A stretch of 64,000 nucleotides of DNA from Desulfobacterales bacterium (GCA_963674755.2 CAXXVS010000001.1:192001-256000); one strand, 5' to 3'. Counted from the stretch's first letter, positions 1 through 10,510 are shown. Made by a program: numbers and translations. Notes: generated by a model from the letters alone, not told the origin.

Positions 1-2
1 TT

Positions 3-761
3 GGTCCTATCGCCCGCTGGGTCGAGGACCTGCAAATGATTTTGCCGATCATCGCCGGCCCTGACCTTATCGATCCTGGTATTGTTCCGATGGTATTCAA
101 GGACCCGAGCGAGGTGGACCTGAAAGGTCTCAGGGTTGCGTTCCATACGGACAATGGCATTATGGCGCCTTCCCCGGACATCGACCAAGTGGTGCGCCGG
201 GCGGTCACACGCCTTGCCGGCGAAGGCGCCATCGTGACTGAAGCGCGCCCGACAGGCATCGAACAAACCTATGATCTGATGATGGCACTGTTGTCAGCGG
301 ACGGCGGTACGTCGATCCGGCGCTTGCTGGCGGAAGCGGGGACGAAGGAACACACGCTTCCCTGGTTGGGACTTGCCGCGCCTCTCGATGCGGTTCGCTT
401 CGATGAGCTAATGGTGAAGTGGTTCCGCTTTCGAAGCACGCTGCTGTCCTTCTTCAAGAGTTATGATGTGATCCTCAGCCCTGTGAACGCCTTTCCTGCT
501 CTGCCGATAGGGGCTTTGGGCGCGCATTTGGAGGCCTTCAGCTATACGATGACGTACAACCTGACAGGGTGGCCGGTGACCGTCGTGCGCGGCGGCACCT
601 CATTGGATAAGCTTCCCATCGGCGTACAGATTGCTGCCCACCCTGGGCGTGAGGACGTCGCTCTGGCCGTGGCCGGATATCTCGAAAAAACCCTTGGAGG
701 ATTTCAAGCGCCTTCGCTAAGTGGATCGATCTGTCAGAAGGAAGATAAAAAGAAGTCCTGA
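3..761 (+). CDS. Amidase (amidase-signature family), C-terminal part; begins upstream of window
   Basis: Frame open from window start (GPIARWVEDL); C-terminal YT..YNLTGWP..V...LPIGVQI amidase motifs. Confidence 0.85.
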   Translation, partial: GPIARWVEDLQMILPIIAGPDLIDPGIVPMVFKDPSEVDLKGLRVAFHTDNGIMAPSPDIDQVVRRAVTRLAGEGAIVTEARPTGIEQTYDLMMALLSADGGTSIRRLLAEAGTKEHTLPWLGLAAPLDAVRFDELMVKWFRFRSTLLSFFKSYDVILSPVNAFPALPIGALGAHLEAFSYTMTYNLTGWPVTVVRGGTSLDKLPIGVQIAAHPGREDVALAVAGYLEKTLGGFQAPSLSGSICQKEDKKKS

Positions 762-802
762 GGATGATATCAACGCTTCGACTGCCAGCCTTACCGCACC
801 CG

Positions 803-823
803 TTGACACACAATTCAATGTGT
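803..823 (+). promoter_or_regulatory. TTGACA -35 overlapping an ACACA-N6-TGTGT inverted repeat; probable antitoxin operator
   Basis: ttgacacacaattcaatgtgt just upstream of the vapB RBS (aaggagg). Confidence 0.5.
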
Positions 824-839
824 AAAAAGGAGGCGCATA

Positions 840-1037
840 ATGGCTACCAATTTAGCAATCGATGATGAATTGTTACATGAAGCCTTGCAGATCAGCGGAT
901 TAAAAACAAAAAAGGACACGGTCAGCCTTGCCCTCAAGGAGTTTGTCGATAGGCGCAAACAGTTGGAGATTATAACTATATTCGGGAAAATGGACCCTGA
1001 TCCAGACTATGATTATAAACAGGGAAGAACGCATTGA
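840..1037 (+). CDS. vapB: VapB-family type II antitoxin (orphan)
   Basis: MATNLAIDDELL..A..ISGLKTKKDTV..AL.EF pattern; strong RBS; no PIN toxin follows. Confidence 0.8.
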   Translation: MATNLAIDDELLHEALQISGLKTKKDTVSLALKEFVDRRKQLEIITIFGKMDPDPDYDYKQGRTH

Positions 1038-1159
1038 AGGGACGGGCCGCCTTGGTTTTGCATATTTATGCTGTAAACGCTCATTTATGAGTTCCGTGCA
1101 TGGTCTCATCTGTGGTAGCGGGCATTCGGCACAAATTATCAGGAAAGCGTAATTACGGT

Positions 1160-1558
1160 ATGGAAAAATACGATACATCCTGGGATTTGTCTGAAAGCGA
1201 AAAAGGGAATTTACCCCACAACGAAGAAGCTTTCGACCGAAAATATCAAGAATGGCGACAACGGTCATGGGAAACGTGGCTGAATGAAATGCTCAATTTT
1301 CCATTCATAGTGAAAAGGATGGAAGATGACGATGATGCTTATTTCACGGATATCGCAGACCATCAACCATTCAGGCTTGGTCATGAAATGAAAGTGATCG
1401 GTATCGATCAAGAAGATGATTTATACGGTATTTTGATAAAAGTAAGAGAGGGGCGCAAGGTTGGCTATGTTCCCCTTTGTGATGTTGAAGTACGGAATCA
1501 GGACGATCCGAATTTTTGGCCTGTCCGTGAATACGTTGTTTGGTTTGCCAATAGATGA
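1160..1558 (+). CDS. Acidic hypothetical protein, CcbP/calcium-binding-protein-like
   Basis: FPF...VPLCDVEV...N...VREY.VWF pattern; AT-richer segment. Confidence 0.55.
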   Translation: MEKYDTSWDLSESEKGNLPHNEEAFDRKYQEWRQRSWETWLNEMLNFPFIVKRMEDDDDAYFTDIADHQPFRLGHEMKVIGIDQEDDLYGILIKVREGRKVGYVPLCDVEVRNQDDPNFWPVREYVVWFANR

Positions 1559-1599
1559 GAAAGTCTTGGCCGAACCTTTCATAGAACACAACCATGGAA

Positions 1600-3540
1600 T
1601 CAGTTCTGGGGCAGGCTTAGCGTGATGGTGCAGCCGGGGCCATTGTTGTTGGCGGCGGTGGCGCTGCCACCCATGGCCAGCATGAACTTCTTGACGAGGG
1701 ACAGACCGATGCCCGTGCCGCCCGTGGTGCGGGTGAGCGGATCTTCAACCCGGTAGAAATCGTCGAAAACCTTTTTCAAGGCATGCCGGGGGATGCCGGG
1801 GCCGGTGTCGGCAACCTCGATGTCCACGTGGGCATCCCGCCTCGCGACGCTGACCGTGATCCGGCGCGTCTCGGACCGACGGCCGAATTTGAGGCTGTTT
1901 TCGATCAGGTTGATCAGGATCTGCACCATGACTTCCCGGTCGTAGGCAAAGTCAAACCCGTCCACGGGCGCCATGGTCAATGCAAATCCTTCCTGACGTA
2001 CCTTCTCACCCATGACCTCCCGCACGTCATCGAGCACGTCCTGGAAATTCCCGGGGCGCATATCGAAGTGGCGCTGCTTCTTCTCCAGGCGGGACAATTC
2101 CAGCACGTTGTTGATCAGCCGCGACAGGCGGGCGCTCTCTGAACTGACGACCCGCAGGTAGTCCTGCTCCCGGGCCGTATCCTTGGCAATGCCCTGCTCC
2201 AGCATTTCGATATAGAGGCGGATGTTGGTGAGCGGGGTTTTCAGTTCGTGGGTCACCGAAGAGACGAAGCGCGTCCGCCGCTCGGAGAGGTCCACCATAG
2301 CGTGGGCGCTGCGGTAGATGGCGCCGAGCCCCAGGAGAAAGACGGCGGCCAGGATGGCCAGCATGATATTGAGGGTTCGCCGCGAGGCGACCGGTGGGAT
2401 GGTTTCGCTCACGATGCGGGCATAGAGAAAATTGAAAGGGGAGGGAAATTGGCGGTCGAGGGCAAAAGCATCCTGTCGGACAATGGCGCCGGTCTGAACG
2501 ATGGTGGCGGGGTGAAGCCTGTCGGATACTTCCAGGCGCAGCTGGCTGAAACGGCTCATGGGCTGAGAGGCGAAATACCGATCGGCCAGGTAATCGAGAA
2601 AGGCCGAGGTATCGAGAATGAAGCCCTGTCGATAGATGCGCTGGTCGATCACGATGCGGCGAAAGATGAAGATGTGTTCGGCATCGATGAAGACCGACTG
2701 AAGAGGGGCCACCTCCACCTGAAAGCGAGCGGGCGATGCCGCCTCCGGCGCTTCGGCGTCCGCGGCAACCGCTCCGCCGGTGTGAACAGAGGGAAATGAA
2801 GGGGCCGCCGGAGCGGTCGCTTGAGGACGGTAGACGGAATCCGAAAGGCTTTGTGAGCGGCTTGCGGCAGCGCTTGATTTTTCCTTTTCAGGTCTGGCGT
2901 CATCCCGGCGGGCCACATTAAGGGCCTGCTGGGCCGTGATTTCTTCGGTACGCTGGGTTTTGCGCCCCAGGTAATCCTCCGGCACGCGTTTGCGGCTCAA
3001 CAGGAACTTGCCGGCGAAAGACGGATTCTCTTCCTTCAGCTGTTCTTCAGGGGTGTCCGGCGCTTTGGGGAGTGCTTTTACGGGCGGCCCGGACGCCGTC
3101 ATAGGCGGAATAGCGGTTTTCCGGCGGTTGAAGCGGCGATTGATGTCGTCAAGCTGTTGAACGATCTTCTGAACGTCGGGCGAGGTTTTCCGACCGTCGC
3201 CCACGAGAGGGGTTTGAAAGGAACCGTCCGGATTGTTTTGCAGATAGCCCAAAATATAGGGTTCCGACGGAAGTGCGGCCAGGGGGGATAGCTGCGGACC
3301 TCCCTTTTGACCGACGGGTGGTGCTTCGGTGTAGTGGTAGGCATCCACCGGCCGGTTTTCTTCGATCTGCACGCGCTCGGCCAGGGCCGCTTCGATATCA
3401 TCGAAGAGCGTCTCGGCGAAAAAACGCATGCGCGCGGTTTCTTCCTGGGCGATGCCCTGGTAGGTCCGAAAGACGACATAGGCCATGGGCAGGGTCGTGG
3501 CCACGGCGAACAGGATGATAAACAGCTTGAGACGCTTCAT
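1600..3540 (-). CDS. Membrane sensor histidine kinase with a long extracytoplasmic domain
   Basis: Two TM helices; H-box THELKTPL; N-box NLIENSLKF; DTGPG and GGTGIGL boxes. Confidence 0.95.
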   Translation of the reverse strand: MKRLKLFIILFAVATTLPMAYVVFRTYQGIAQEETARMRFFAETLFDDIEAALAERVQIEENRPVDAYHYTEAPPVGQKGGPQLSPLAALPSEPYILGYLQNNPDGSFQTPLVGDGRKTSPDVQKIVQQLDDINRRFNRRKTAIPPMTASGPPVKALPKAPDTPEEQLKEENPSFAGKFLLSRKRVPEDYLGRKTQRTEEITAQQALNVARRDDARPEKEKSSAAASRSQSLSDSVYRPQATAPAAPSFPSVHTGGAVAADAEAPEAASPARFQVEVAPLQSVFIDAEHIFIFRRIVIDQRIYRQGFILDTSAFLDYLADRYFASQPMSRFSQLRLEVSDRLHPATIVQTGAIVRQDAFALDRQFPSPFNFLYARIVSETIPPVASRRTLNIMLAILAAVFLLGLGAIYRSAHAMVDLSERRTRFVSSVTHELKTPLTNIRLYIEMLEQGIAKDTAREQDYLRVVSSESARLSRLINNVLELSRLEKKQRHFDMRPGNFQDVLDDVREVMGEKVRQEGFALTMAPVDGFDFAYDREVMVQILINLIENSLKFGRRSETRRITVSVARRDAHVDIEVADTGPGIPRHALKKVFDDFYRVEDPLTRTTGGTGIGLSLVKKFMLAMGGSATAANNNGPGCTITLSLPQN

Positions 3541-3543
3541 AGC

Positions 3544-4242
3544 TCAACCGTCTTTCGCAAGGCGGTAGCCCTCGCCGCGCACGGTCAGGAGGAAGGGTTT
3601 CTCCCCGATCAACCGGGCAATTTTCTTGCGCAGCTTGAGCATATGGATATCCACGGTGCGCGTTTCGATGTCGGCATCGGCGTAGTGCCAGACCTCGGTC
3701 AGCAGCTCTTTCTTCGATACGATGCGGTCCTGGTGGCGATGGAGATAGGTGATGATATCCATTTCCCGGCGGGTGAGCGCCAGGGTTTCTTTGCCTGCCA
3801 CCGCTTCCAGGGTCTTGCCCTGGAAGTGAACGCCCTGATGGCGGATATCCGCCTCCTCCGTAAGCTTGCCGGCCCGCCGCAGCAGAGCTTCCACCCGGAC
3901 CAGCAGTTCCCGCAGGGAAAAGGGCTTGCAAACATAGTCGTCCGCACCGGCCTGGAAGCCGGTCACCACGTCGTCCTCGGCGCCCTTGGCGGTCAGCATG
4001 AGAATCGCCTGGCCCGGCATGTCTTTCCGCACCCGGCGGCAGATGGTGAAGCCGTCCATGGAAGGCAGCATAACGTCCAGGATGATCAAATCAAAGACCT
4101 GGGCGAGGGCCCGCTGCAAACCTTCCCCGCCATCGGCCACACCCTCCACCGCATAGCCGTTGAAGACCAGGACATCCTGGAGGCCGTTTAAGATGGCCGG
4201 ATCGTCTTCCACAACAAGGATGTGCGCCTTTCCGGGTGACAT
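3544..4242 (-). CDS. OmpR/PhoB-family response regulator
   Basis: VVEDD, LDVMLP, GADDY.CKPF; C-terminal TRTVDIH..KLRKK..TVRGEGY. Confidence 0.95.
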   Translation of the reverse strand: MSPGKAHILVVEDDPAILNGLQDVLVFNGYAVEGVADGGEGLQRALAQVFDLIILDVMLPSMDGFTICRRVRKDMPGQAILMLTAKGAEDDVVTGFQAGADDYVCKPFSLRELLVRVEALLRRAGKLTEEADIRHQGVHFQGKTLEAVAGKETLALTRREMDIITYLHRHQDRIVSKKELLTEVWHYADADIETRTVDIHMLKLRKKIARLIGEKPFLLTVRGEGYRLAKDG

Positions 4243-4446
4243 GGGCTTGGGCTCCTCCTTCGGGTTCAGCGGGTTTTTTATACCTATAGGACCAATCTAC
4301 CTTATCACCGCTGAAATCCAAAGCAAAACTTATGTAAAAAAGACGGGTTTTCTTTTTGCTTTTGTTTGAATTGTCTTCATCGGAAGTCTTGTTAGGATGG
4401 CCTCTATCGAAGAACTTTCTGCCACGAAAAGCAAAGGAGGTCCATC

Positions 4447-5883
4447 ATGAAGAAGATCAATCGCAGTTCCTTGTTGGCCATCGTCGGCCTGATGCTGCTG
4501 ACCGGGGTGGCCATGGGCATTGCCGCCCATTTCGAAAAGGACGGCAGCGCGCTGCCGGCTGCGGGACAGCAGGTGGTGAAGCTTCCGGACGGCTCGATCG
4601 CGGTGGAAGCGCATCTGGTCCAGGACAAGGTGCTCCTCGGCTCGGACGGCCAGGCCACCCTGGCCCTGACGCTCCGGGCATCGGACGCTGGTGGGGCGGA
4701 GCGCGTGGCGCGGCCGGCCGTGGATCTGGTGGTGGTTTTGGACCGCAGCGGTTCCATGAACGGCCGCAAGATCCGGGATGCCCGCCAGGCCGTGCTGGCC
4801 CTGATCGATACCCTGTCCCCCGAGGATCGCCTGGGCATCGTCACCTACAGCAATTTCGCGGATCCGTTGAGCGACCTGGGCCCCATGACGGCCGCCCGCC
4901 GTCGCGAGCTGGCAACCCTCGTCCGGGAGATCCGGCCGGGGGGCGGCACCAACCTGGGCGGCGGACTCGAAGCGGGGCTGGGGCTCTTTGCTGCAAGCCC
5001 CGCTGATGACCATCACCGCAAGCTGGTACTGATCTCGGACGGTCTGGCCAATCACGGCATAACCGATCCCCATGTGCTGGGCCGCATGGCTGCCACCGGC
5101 CTGTCCCGGGATTGGGTGGTGAGCACGGTAGGGGTCGGGAATGATTTCAACGAGCACCTGATGACGACCCTGGCCGATTATGGCGGCGGCACCTACACCT
5201 ACATGGAAGACCCGGCGACCTTCGCGGCCGTGTTTCAACAGGAATACCGCCATGCCGCCGCAACGGCCGCCTCGGGACTGACGGTAAACGTTCCGTTGTC
5301 CCATGGCCTCCAGCTGATCGATGCCGGCGGCTACCCCATTGAGGCCAGGGACGGTCTGGCCCGCTTCAACCCGGGCAGCCTGCGTTTCGGCCAGACCCGC
5401 ACCCTCTATCTCACCTTCCAGGTTCCCACCGACGCCCCGGGGATGGCGCAGATCCAGGGCCTGCAACTGGGGTTTCAAAATCGCGACGGCCGCGAAACCA
5501 TTGGATTGGCAGACGTTTTTACCATCGCCTGCGTTGAAAACCCCGCCGATGTGACGGCTTCCATCCATCGGGACAGCTGGGCCGCCCAGGTTGTCCAGGA
5601 GGATTTCGGACGCCTCAAGGCCGCCGTGGCCGACGCGATTCGGGAAGGGGACGGGGAACAGGCCCGGGCGCACATCGAGGCCTATCGGAAGGAAAAGGAG
5701 GCCATCAACCAGGTGGTGGCCTCGCCCAAAGTATCCGCGAATCTCAGCAAGGATGTGGAGGCGTTAGGCGCCATGGTGCAGGACACCTTCACAGGTCGGC
5801 CTGAAGAGGTGATGTCCAAGCAGAAGAAAAATGCGAAAGTATTGCAGTATGAATCCTATCGGAAACGAAGGGATAAAAAATAG
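4447..5883 (+). CDS. Exported von Willebrand factor A (vWA) domain protein
   Basis: N-terminal signal/anchor; MIDAS DRSGS; GGTN; LISDGLAN. Confidence 0.9.
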   Translation: MKKINRSSLLAIVGLMLLTGVAMGIAAHFEKDGSALPAAGQQVVKLPDGSIAVEAHLVQDKVLLGSDGQATLALTLRASDAGGAERVARPAVDLVVVLDRSGSMNGRKIRDARQAVLALIDTLSPEDRLGIVTYSNFADPLSDLGPMTAARRRELATLVREIRPGGGTNLGGGLEAGLGLFAASPADDHHRKLVLISDGLANHGITDPHVLGRMAATGLSRDWVVSTVGVGNDFNEHLMTTLADYGGGTYTYMEDPATFAAVFQQEYRHAAATAASGLTVNVPLSHGLQLIDAGGYPIEARDGLARFNPGSLRFGQTRTLYLTFQVPTDAPGMAQIQGLQLGFQNRDGRETIGLADVFTIACVENPADVTASIHRDSWAAQVVQEDFGRLKAAVADAIREGDGEQARAHIEAYRKEKEAINQVVASPKVSANLSKDVEALGAMVQDTFTGRPEEVMSKQKKNAKVLQYESYRKRRDKK

Positions 5884-6016
5884 TTCCAACCCAATACGGG
5901 GTGAGTTTACGCATTATTCCTTTTCAAATCCCTCTCGAGGGTACCACCTGAGATCTTTTGCTCCACTGGAGGGGACTTTGATAGTGTTTGAATCACGACA
6001 AGCAACGGAGGTTACT

Positions 6017-6577
6017 ATGGGAATCCTGTCACGGGCAGTGCGGTTGTGCAAAGCAGATTTGCACGGTGTGATGGATCAGATGGAAGACAAGGATTTGCTG
6101 CTCAGGCAGCACCTGCGTGAGATGCAGGCCGCCATGACGGAAAGGCAGGTCCGCATCGACCGGCTCGAAGAAACCCTGAGGACCGGAAAGCGGAACCGGT
6201 CGCAGGCGGCCCAACAGCTTCAGAACCTGGAGGAGGATTTGGACCGGGCCGTGGCCCGGGGCCGGGACGATATCGCCCGTATGTTGATCCGCAAGGTGTT
6301 CCCCATGCGGAAAAGCGTGGCGCAGATGGACCAGCGCTTGGAGGAGACGGCCCAGTGTCTGGACGAGGAGCAGGATCGCCTGGGCGTTCAACGCCTGGCC
6401 TACGATGAGACCCGCCAGCGGGTGGCCGCCGCCCGGGAACGTGTCCGAAATGCGGCTCTGATGCCGGACATGGAGCCGGCGGAAGCGGGGGGACCATCAT
6501 GGGCGCCCAGCGAGGAGGAGATCGAATGGGAACTTTTGCAGCGCAAGGAAGCCGCGGGCTCCGGGAGGACGACATGA
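6017..6577 (+). CDS. PspA/IM30 (ESCRT-III-like) family protein
   Basis: MGILSR..RL.KADLHGVMDQMED..LLL.Q.LREM, coiled coil, A..G.DDIAR; RBS ggagg. Confidence 0.85.
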   Translation: MGILSRAVRLCKADLHGVMDQMEDKDLLLRQHLREMQAAMTERQVRIDRLEETLRTGKRNRSQAAQQLQNLEEDLDRAVARGRDDIARMLIRKVFPMRKSVAQMDQRLEETAQCLDEEQDRLGVQRLAYDETRQRVAAARERVRNAALMPDMEPAEAGGPSWAPSEEEIEWELLQRKEAAGSGRTT

Positions 6578-7119
6578 ATACGCCGCACCGGCCCATAAGA
6601 ACAACGATCATCCTGGGCGGCCTGGGAGGGCTGGCCTTTCTGCTGACGAGCCTGCCTGGCATTCCCATGGGGTTTCGCCCGTGGCTGTCCTTCGGCCTCG
6701 TCTGGGGTCTGACAGCGGTCTATGCCCTGATGTTGGCGCGCTGGAGCGGCCACGGTCTTGCGGACATCATCTTTCCCCTGCTGGTGTTGGGCGGGCTTGG
6801 TGCGGCCCTGCCCCGGGCCGGGGTGGTGTTCGGCCTGGCCCTGGCGATTTTAAGCTGGATCCGCAGCGGCATCTGTTATTCGCGCTCCGGTTTCCAGGCT
6901 CTTTTCAGGGAGGGGTTCCTGTGCGGCGGCGGGGGGCTGGTCCTGGCCCTCTGGGGGCTGTCGGCCCCGTTGTCCTGGGCGCTGGGGATCTGGCTGTTCA
7001 GTCTGGTCCAGGCCCTGTTTTTTGTGCTTTTCGAACCCGGGCCGCGATTGCCAGCGGGCCCGCCGGCCGACCCCTTCGAGCAGGCCCGGCGCCGCATCGA
7101 AGAACTCCTGGAAGGGTAG
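6574..7119 (+). CDS. Integral membrane hypothetical protein
   Basis: Several hydrophobic helices; ATGA overlap with the PspA gene; C-terminal DPFEQARRR.EELL. Confidence 0.75.
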   Translation: MNTPHRPIRTTIILGGLGGLAFLLTSLPGIPMGFRPWLSFGLVWGLTAVYALMLARWSGHGLADIIFPLLVLGGLGAALPRAGVVFGLALAILSWIRSGICYSRSGFQALFREGFLCGGGGLVLALWGLSAPLSWALGIWLFSLVQALFFVLFEPGPRLPAGPPADPFEQARRRIEELLEG

Positions 7120-7218
7120 GCCGACCCTGACGTCCTAAAGTCGGTTGCCATGAGGCGGTGGCGGCCCCATTTTAAGGGCTACAACAGGCTAAAACCAGGG
7201 TCGGGAAAGGAGGCCGCC

Positions 7219-7521
7219 ATGGCAAAATGGCCGTTGATTGGCAGGCCGGACGCTGTTCAGGGGCATGGGCTGCATCGTCATCGTAAAGGCCTGCCCCTGT
7301 TTTACATGAACGATTATTCCCGTCTGGGGCTGCAGGTGGCTTCCTGCGAGGACGCCCGACGGGTCTTGGCGGAAAACCGCTTCGGGGTCGTTGAAGACGA
7401 TGACGGCCGCCATGTGGTCCTGGCCGACGCGGCCGAGGTGCAGGCCGCCGTGGCCCTGCTGAACCGACGGGGGGTGGCCTGCAATATCACGGACCTGGCC
7501 GATCAGATCTACCAGGGGTGA
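7219..7521 (+). CDS. Small hypothetical protein
   Basis: RBS aaggagg; ends D.ADQIYQG; co-oriented in the operon. Confidence 0.7.
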   Translation: MAKWPLIGRPDAVQGHGLHRHRKGLPLFYMNDYSRLGLQVASCEDARRVLAENRFGVVEDDDGRHVVLADAAEVQAAVALLNRRGVACNITDLADQIYQG

Positions 7522-7649
7522 TGATGCGGTTCCTGCCGGTCCGGCAGGGGGATACCGGCGCGAGGCTTGACGGGCAATGCGGGTTGTGAAAAAGATGGCC
7601 ATCTTTTGGGAATGAAATTCCAACCATTTTACACAGGAGCTCGACCATC

Positions 7650-8249
7650 ATGCGCCGCAGTCAATGCGAGGTTACCGATCCAGCGGAGATCAACCGCATC
7701 CTGTCCGCCGCCACCATCGGCCGTCTGGCCACGGTGGGGGCGGACGGCTTTCCTTATGTAACGCCTGTCAACTACGTTTTCACCAACGACGGCATCTACT
7801 TCCACTGCGCCCTCAAAGGGGAGAAGCTGGACAACATCGCCCGGGACGACCGGGTCTGCTTCCAGGTGGACATCCCCCTGGCCTACCTCGATCTGGGCTA
7901 CAATCCCGCCGGGAGCAGCTGCAACGTGCACCAGTTTTACCACTGCGTGATCATCCGGGGCCGGGCCCGGGTGGTGCCGGACGGCGAACTCAAGACCATG
8001 GCCCTCAATGCCCTGGTGGCGGCCCATGAGCCGGACCGGAACCCGGCGCCCGTGCAGGAAGATATGCCGAATTACAAGGCCTGCGCCGTGGTCGAGGTCC
8101 GGCCGGAGACGATTTCCGCCAAGAGTGATCTGGCCCAGAAGAAAGCGCCCGAGGTGCGCGAAGGCCTGGCCCGTTACCTGGAAAAACGGGGGCGCCCCGG
8201 CGATCGGGAAACGGCGGCCGCCATGGGGTTTGGAAGCGGAGAAGAATAG
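7650..8249 (+). CDS. Pyridoxamine 5'-phosphate oxidase-like flavin-binding protein (NimA-like)
   Basis: MRR..E; GRLAT; PYVTPVNY; IYFHCA..GEKLDNI; VCFQVD. Confidence 0.9.
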   Translation: MRRSQCEVTDPAEINRILSAATIGRLATVGADGFPYVTPVNYVFTNDGIYFHCALKGEKLDNIARDDRVCFQVDIPLAYLDLGYNPAGSSCNVHQFYHCVIIRGRARVVPDGELKTMALNALVAAHEPDRNPAPVQEDMPNYKACAVVEVRPETISAKSDLAQKKAPEVREGLARYLEKRGRPGDRETAAAMGFGSGEE

Positions 8250-8318
8250 GGCGGCTTAATTGCGCTCGTCCCCTAACCCCATCTGTGGGCGATTATTTTC
8301 TTCGTAAACTTTATGCGC

Positions 8319-8350
8319 GTTACTTTTCTTCCGCGTGGCAGAAAAGTAAC
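8319..8350. repeat. 11-bp inverted repeat between convergent genes (REP-like or bidirectional terminator)
   Basis: GTTACTTTTCT-N10-AGAAAAGTAAC. Confidence 0.6.
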
Positions 8351-8424
8351 GGAGCGCGAAGGGGGCGCACACGCGTACGCCGCGGTGACGAGGAACGAAA
8401 CACAACGCCGCGGGATCATCCGAT

Positions 8425-9300
8425 TTACCCCCGGTAGCGTATCAGCCCCTCCTGGCCCACCGTGGCCACAAGCTTGCCGTCCTGGGTAAAGATTCGTCCG
8501 ATGGCCAGCCCCCGGGCCTTGCAGGCATTGGGGCTTTGCATGGCATAGAGCAGCCATTCGTCCATGCGGAAGTCCCGGTGGATCCACATGGCGTGATCCA
8601 GGCTGGCCACCTGCATGACCGGCTGCCAGAAGGTACGCCCATGGGGGTAGAGGGTGGTGCTCATCAGATTGAAGTCGCTGGCATAGGCCAGCAAATATTG
8701 GTGGGCGGCCGGGTCGTCGGGCATCTTGTCGATGGCCCTGAACCAGACGTATTTGACAGGGGGCTTTTTGTCCGGATGGAAAGGATCCACAGGGTTGACG
8801 TGACGGATCTCGATGGGTTTGCGGCACAAGATCATTTCCCGCAGACCGAGCGGTAGCCGGTCGGAAAGGCGCCGGGCGGCTTCCAACTCGTTTTCCAACC
8901 CTTCTGGGCCGGCCACTTGCGGGGCTTCATCCTGATGATCGAAACCGGGTTCGTCGATTTGGAAAGAGGCCGCCATGTTGAAAATGGCCCGACCCTTTTG
9001 GATGGCCACCACGTTCCGGGTGGTGAAACTACGGCCGTCCCGCAGGCAGTCGACATTATAGACGATGGGTTTGGTGGCATCCCCCGGCCGCATAAAGTAG
9101 GCATGCAAACTGTGGGCGCGCCGTTCGGCCGGCACGGTCTGGCTGGCGGCGGACAGGGCCTGGCCCAACACCTGGCCGCCGAAGACGTTGCCGAAGCCCA
9201 GGTCCTGGCTTTGGCCCCGGAAGATATTCTCTTCGATTTTTTCCAGTTTTAAAAGCTTCAGCAGTTCTTCTAGAACATTGCCATCGACGCATGTTCCCAT
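8425..9300 (-). CDS. tesB: Acyl-CoA thioesterase II
   Basis: VFGGQVLGQAL; HSLHAYF; RDGRSF; YASD; ASLDHAMW.H; QEGLIR. Confidence 0.95.
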   Translation of the reverse strand: MGTCVDGNVLEELLKLLKLEKIEENIFRGQSQDLGFGNVFGGQVLGQALSAASQTVPAERRAHSLHAYFMRPGDATKPIVYNVDCLRDGRSFTTRNVVAIQKGRAIFNMAASFQIDEPGFDHQDEAPQVAGPEGLENELEAARRLSDRLPLGLREMILCRKPIEIRHVNPVDPFHPDKKPPVKYVWFRAIDKMPDDPAAHQYLLAYASDFNLMSTTLYPHGRTFWQPVMQVASLDHAMWIHRDFRMDEWLLYAMQSPNACKARGLAIGRIFTQDGKLVATVGQEGLIRYRG

Positions 9301-9368
9301 GGTGTTGGATTCCTTTTTGATATGCTGTGGGCCGGCTTTTTATGTCATGGGCGCCGCCGGCGATCGTT

Positions 9369-9695
9369 TCACAATTGGTCAAGCAGGTTGTAATATTCCC
9401 TGATTATACGCAGAGATTCCACGGTCATCTGGAACAAGAGCCAACTGAGCACCAGGATGCCGATGGTGAGTACGATCTTCCAGGTCCGGCTCGTTTCCGG
9501 GCGCCACCAGATCAGGGGCAATGCCAAGGGGCCGATGCATGCAACCGCGAAAACAATAAAGGAAGTCCGGAAATACCATGGTATCCTGTCTTTTTCCAGG
9601 CGCGGGGGGGCGACGGCGGAAAGAAATTCGCCGCAGTGTTTACACTTGACGGCCCTGTCCTGAATGTCTTCCGCGCAAAATGGGCATTTTTTCAT
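9369..9695 (-). CDS. Zinc-ribbon membrane protein
   Basis: [21 protein letters not shown] followed by two TM helices. Confidence 0.85.
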   Translation of the reverse strand: MKKCPFCAEDIQDRAVKCKHCGEFLSAVAPPRLEKDRIPWYFRTSFIVFAVACIGPLALPLIWWRPETSRTWKIVLTIGILVLSWLLFQMTVESLRIIREYYNLLDQL

Positions 9696-10159
9696 TCTTA
9701 TCCCGGGCGGCCATAACGCCTTGCCAAGAGGTGGGATCGTGTTGCACGAAGTTGCCTTTTCAAATGAAAGTTATGTCATTTTGCCCTCTATATCAATGCT
9801 TTATCAGGTTTTCCGCTAAATGGCGTCGATCCGTGTAACTTTTCAGGCAATCCCGGCGAATTCGGGTTTAAGCGCGCGTCCCTGGCTCCCTGAGGCGGGG
9901 CTTGCAACCCCCCCCGCTTGAAAATTTTTGATCGGGAGGCCACAATGACGGATCTGATTCGATCTGAAGGATATTCTGACGCCGGAGCAGATCGCGCCGT
10001 TGCAGGCGCGACGTCAAGTGGCCATGACACGCCGATCCCAACATGGGCGTTTCCGGCAGGACATGGTGACGACCTGGCGGCAAATGCCGATGGACGGAAC
10101 GGCGGCGGTCCCTGAGCCGGGCCGGTAACCGCAAGCCAACCCGAGGGGGGGGTACGCTT

Positions 10160-10510
10160 TTGCGAATGCCCGAAGCGATGGCCAGGCGCGCTGATGGTGA
10201 TGACGACGATCGGCGGATCGTTCAAAGAATTCTGGCCGGCGAAGTGGATGCCTTCGCCATCCTGATGACACGCTACCAGAATTACGTGCTGGCCATCGTA
10301 AAACGGCACGCCCCCCACGACCAGGTCGAGGAGCTGACCCAGGAGGTATTCCTCAAAGCCTTTCAATCCCTGGCCGGTTGGCGGGGCACGGGGCGTTTTC
10401 AGTCCTGGCTGTCGGCCATTGCCGTGCGAACCTGCTACGACTTCTGGCGCCAACGCAAAGAGCGCAGCAAACACTTTCACGGACCCTGGCGGCCTGCGGA
10501 TGATAGCTGA
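10160..10510 (+). pseudogene. Truncated ECF sigma-70 factor (region 2 only; region 4 missing)
   Basis: GE..AF..L..RY...EELTQEVFLKAF..L..W.G...F.SWL..IA...CYD.WR, then loses resemblance and stops at 116 aa. Confidence 0.75.
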
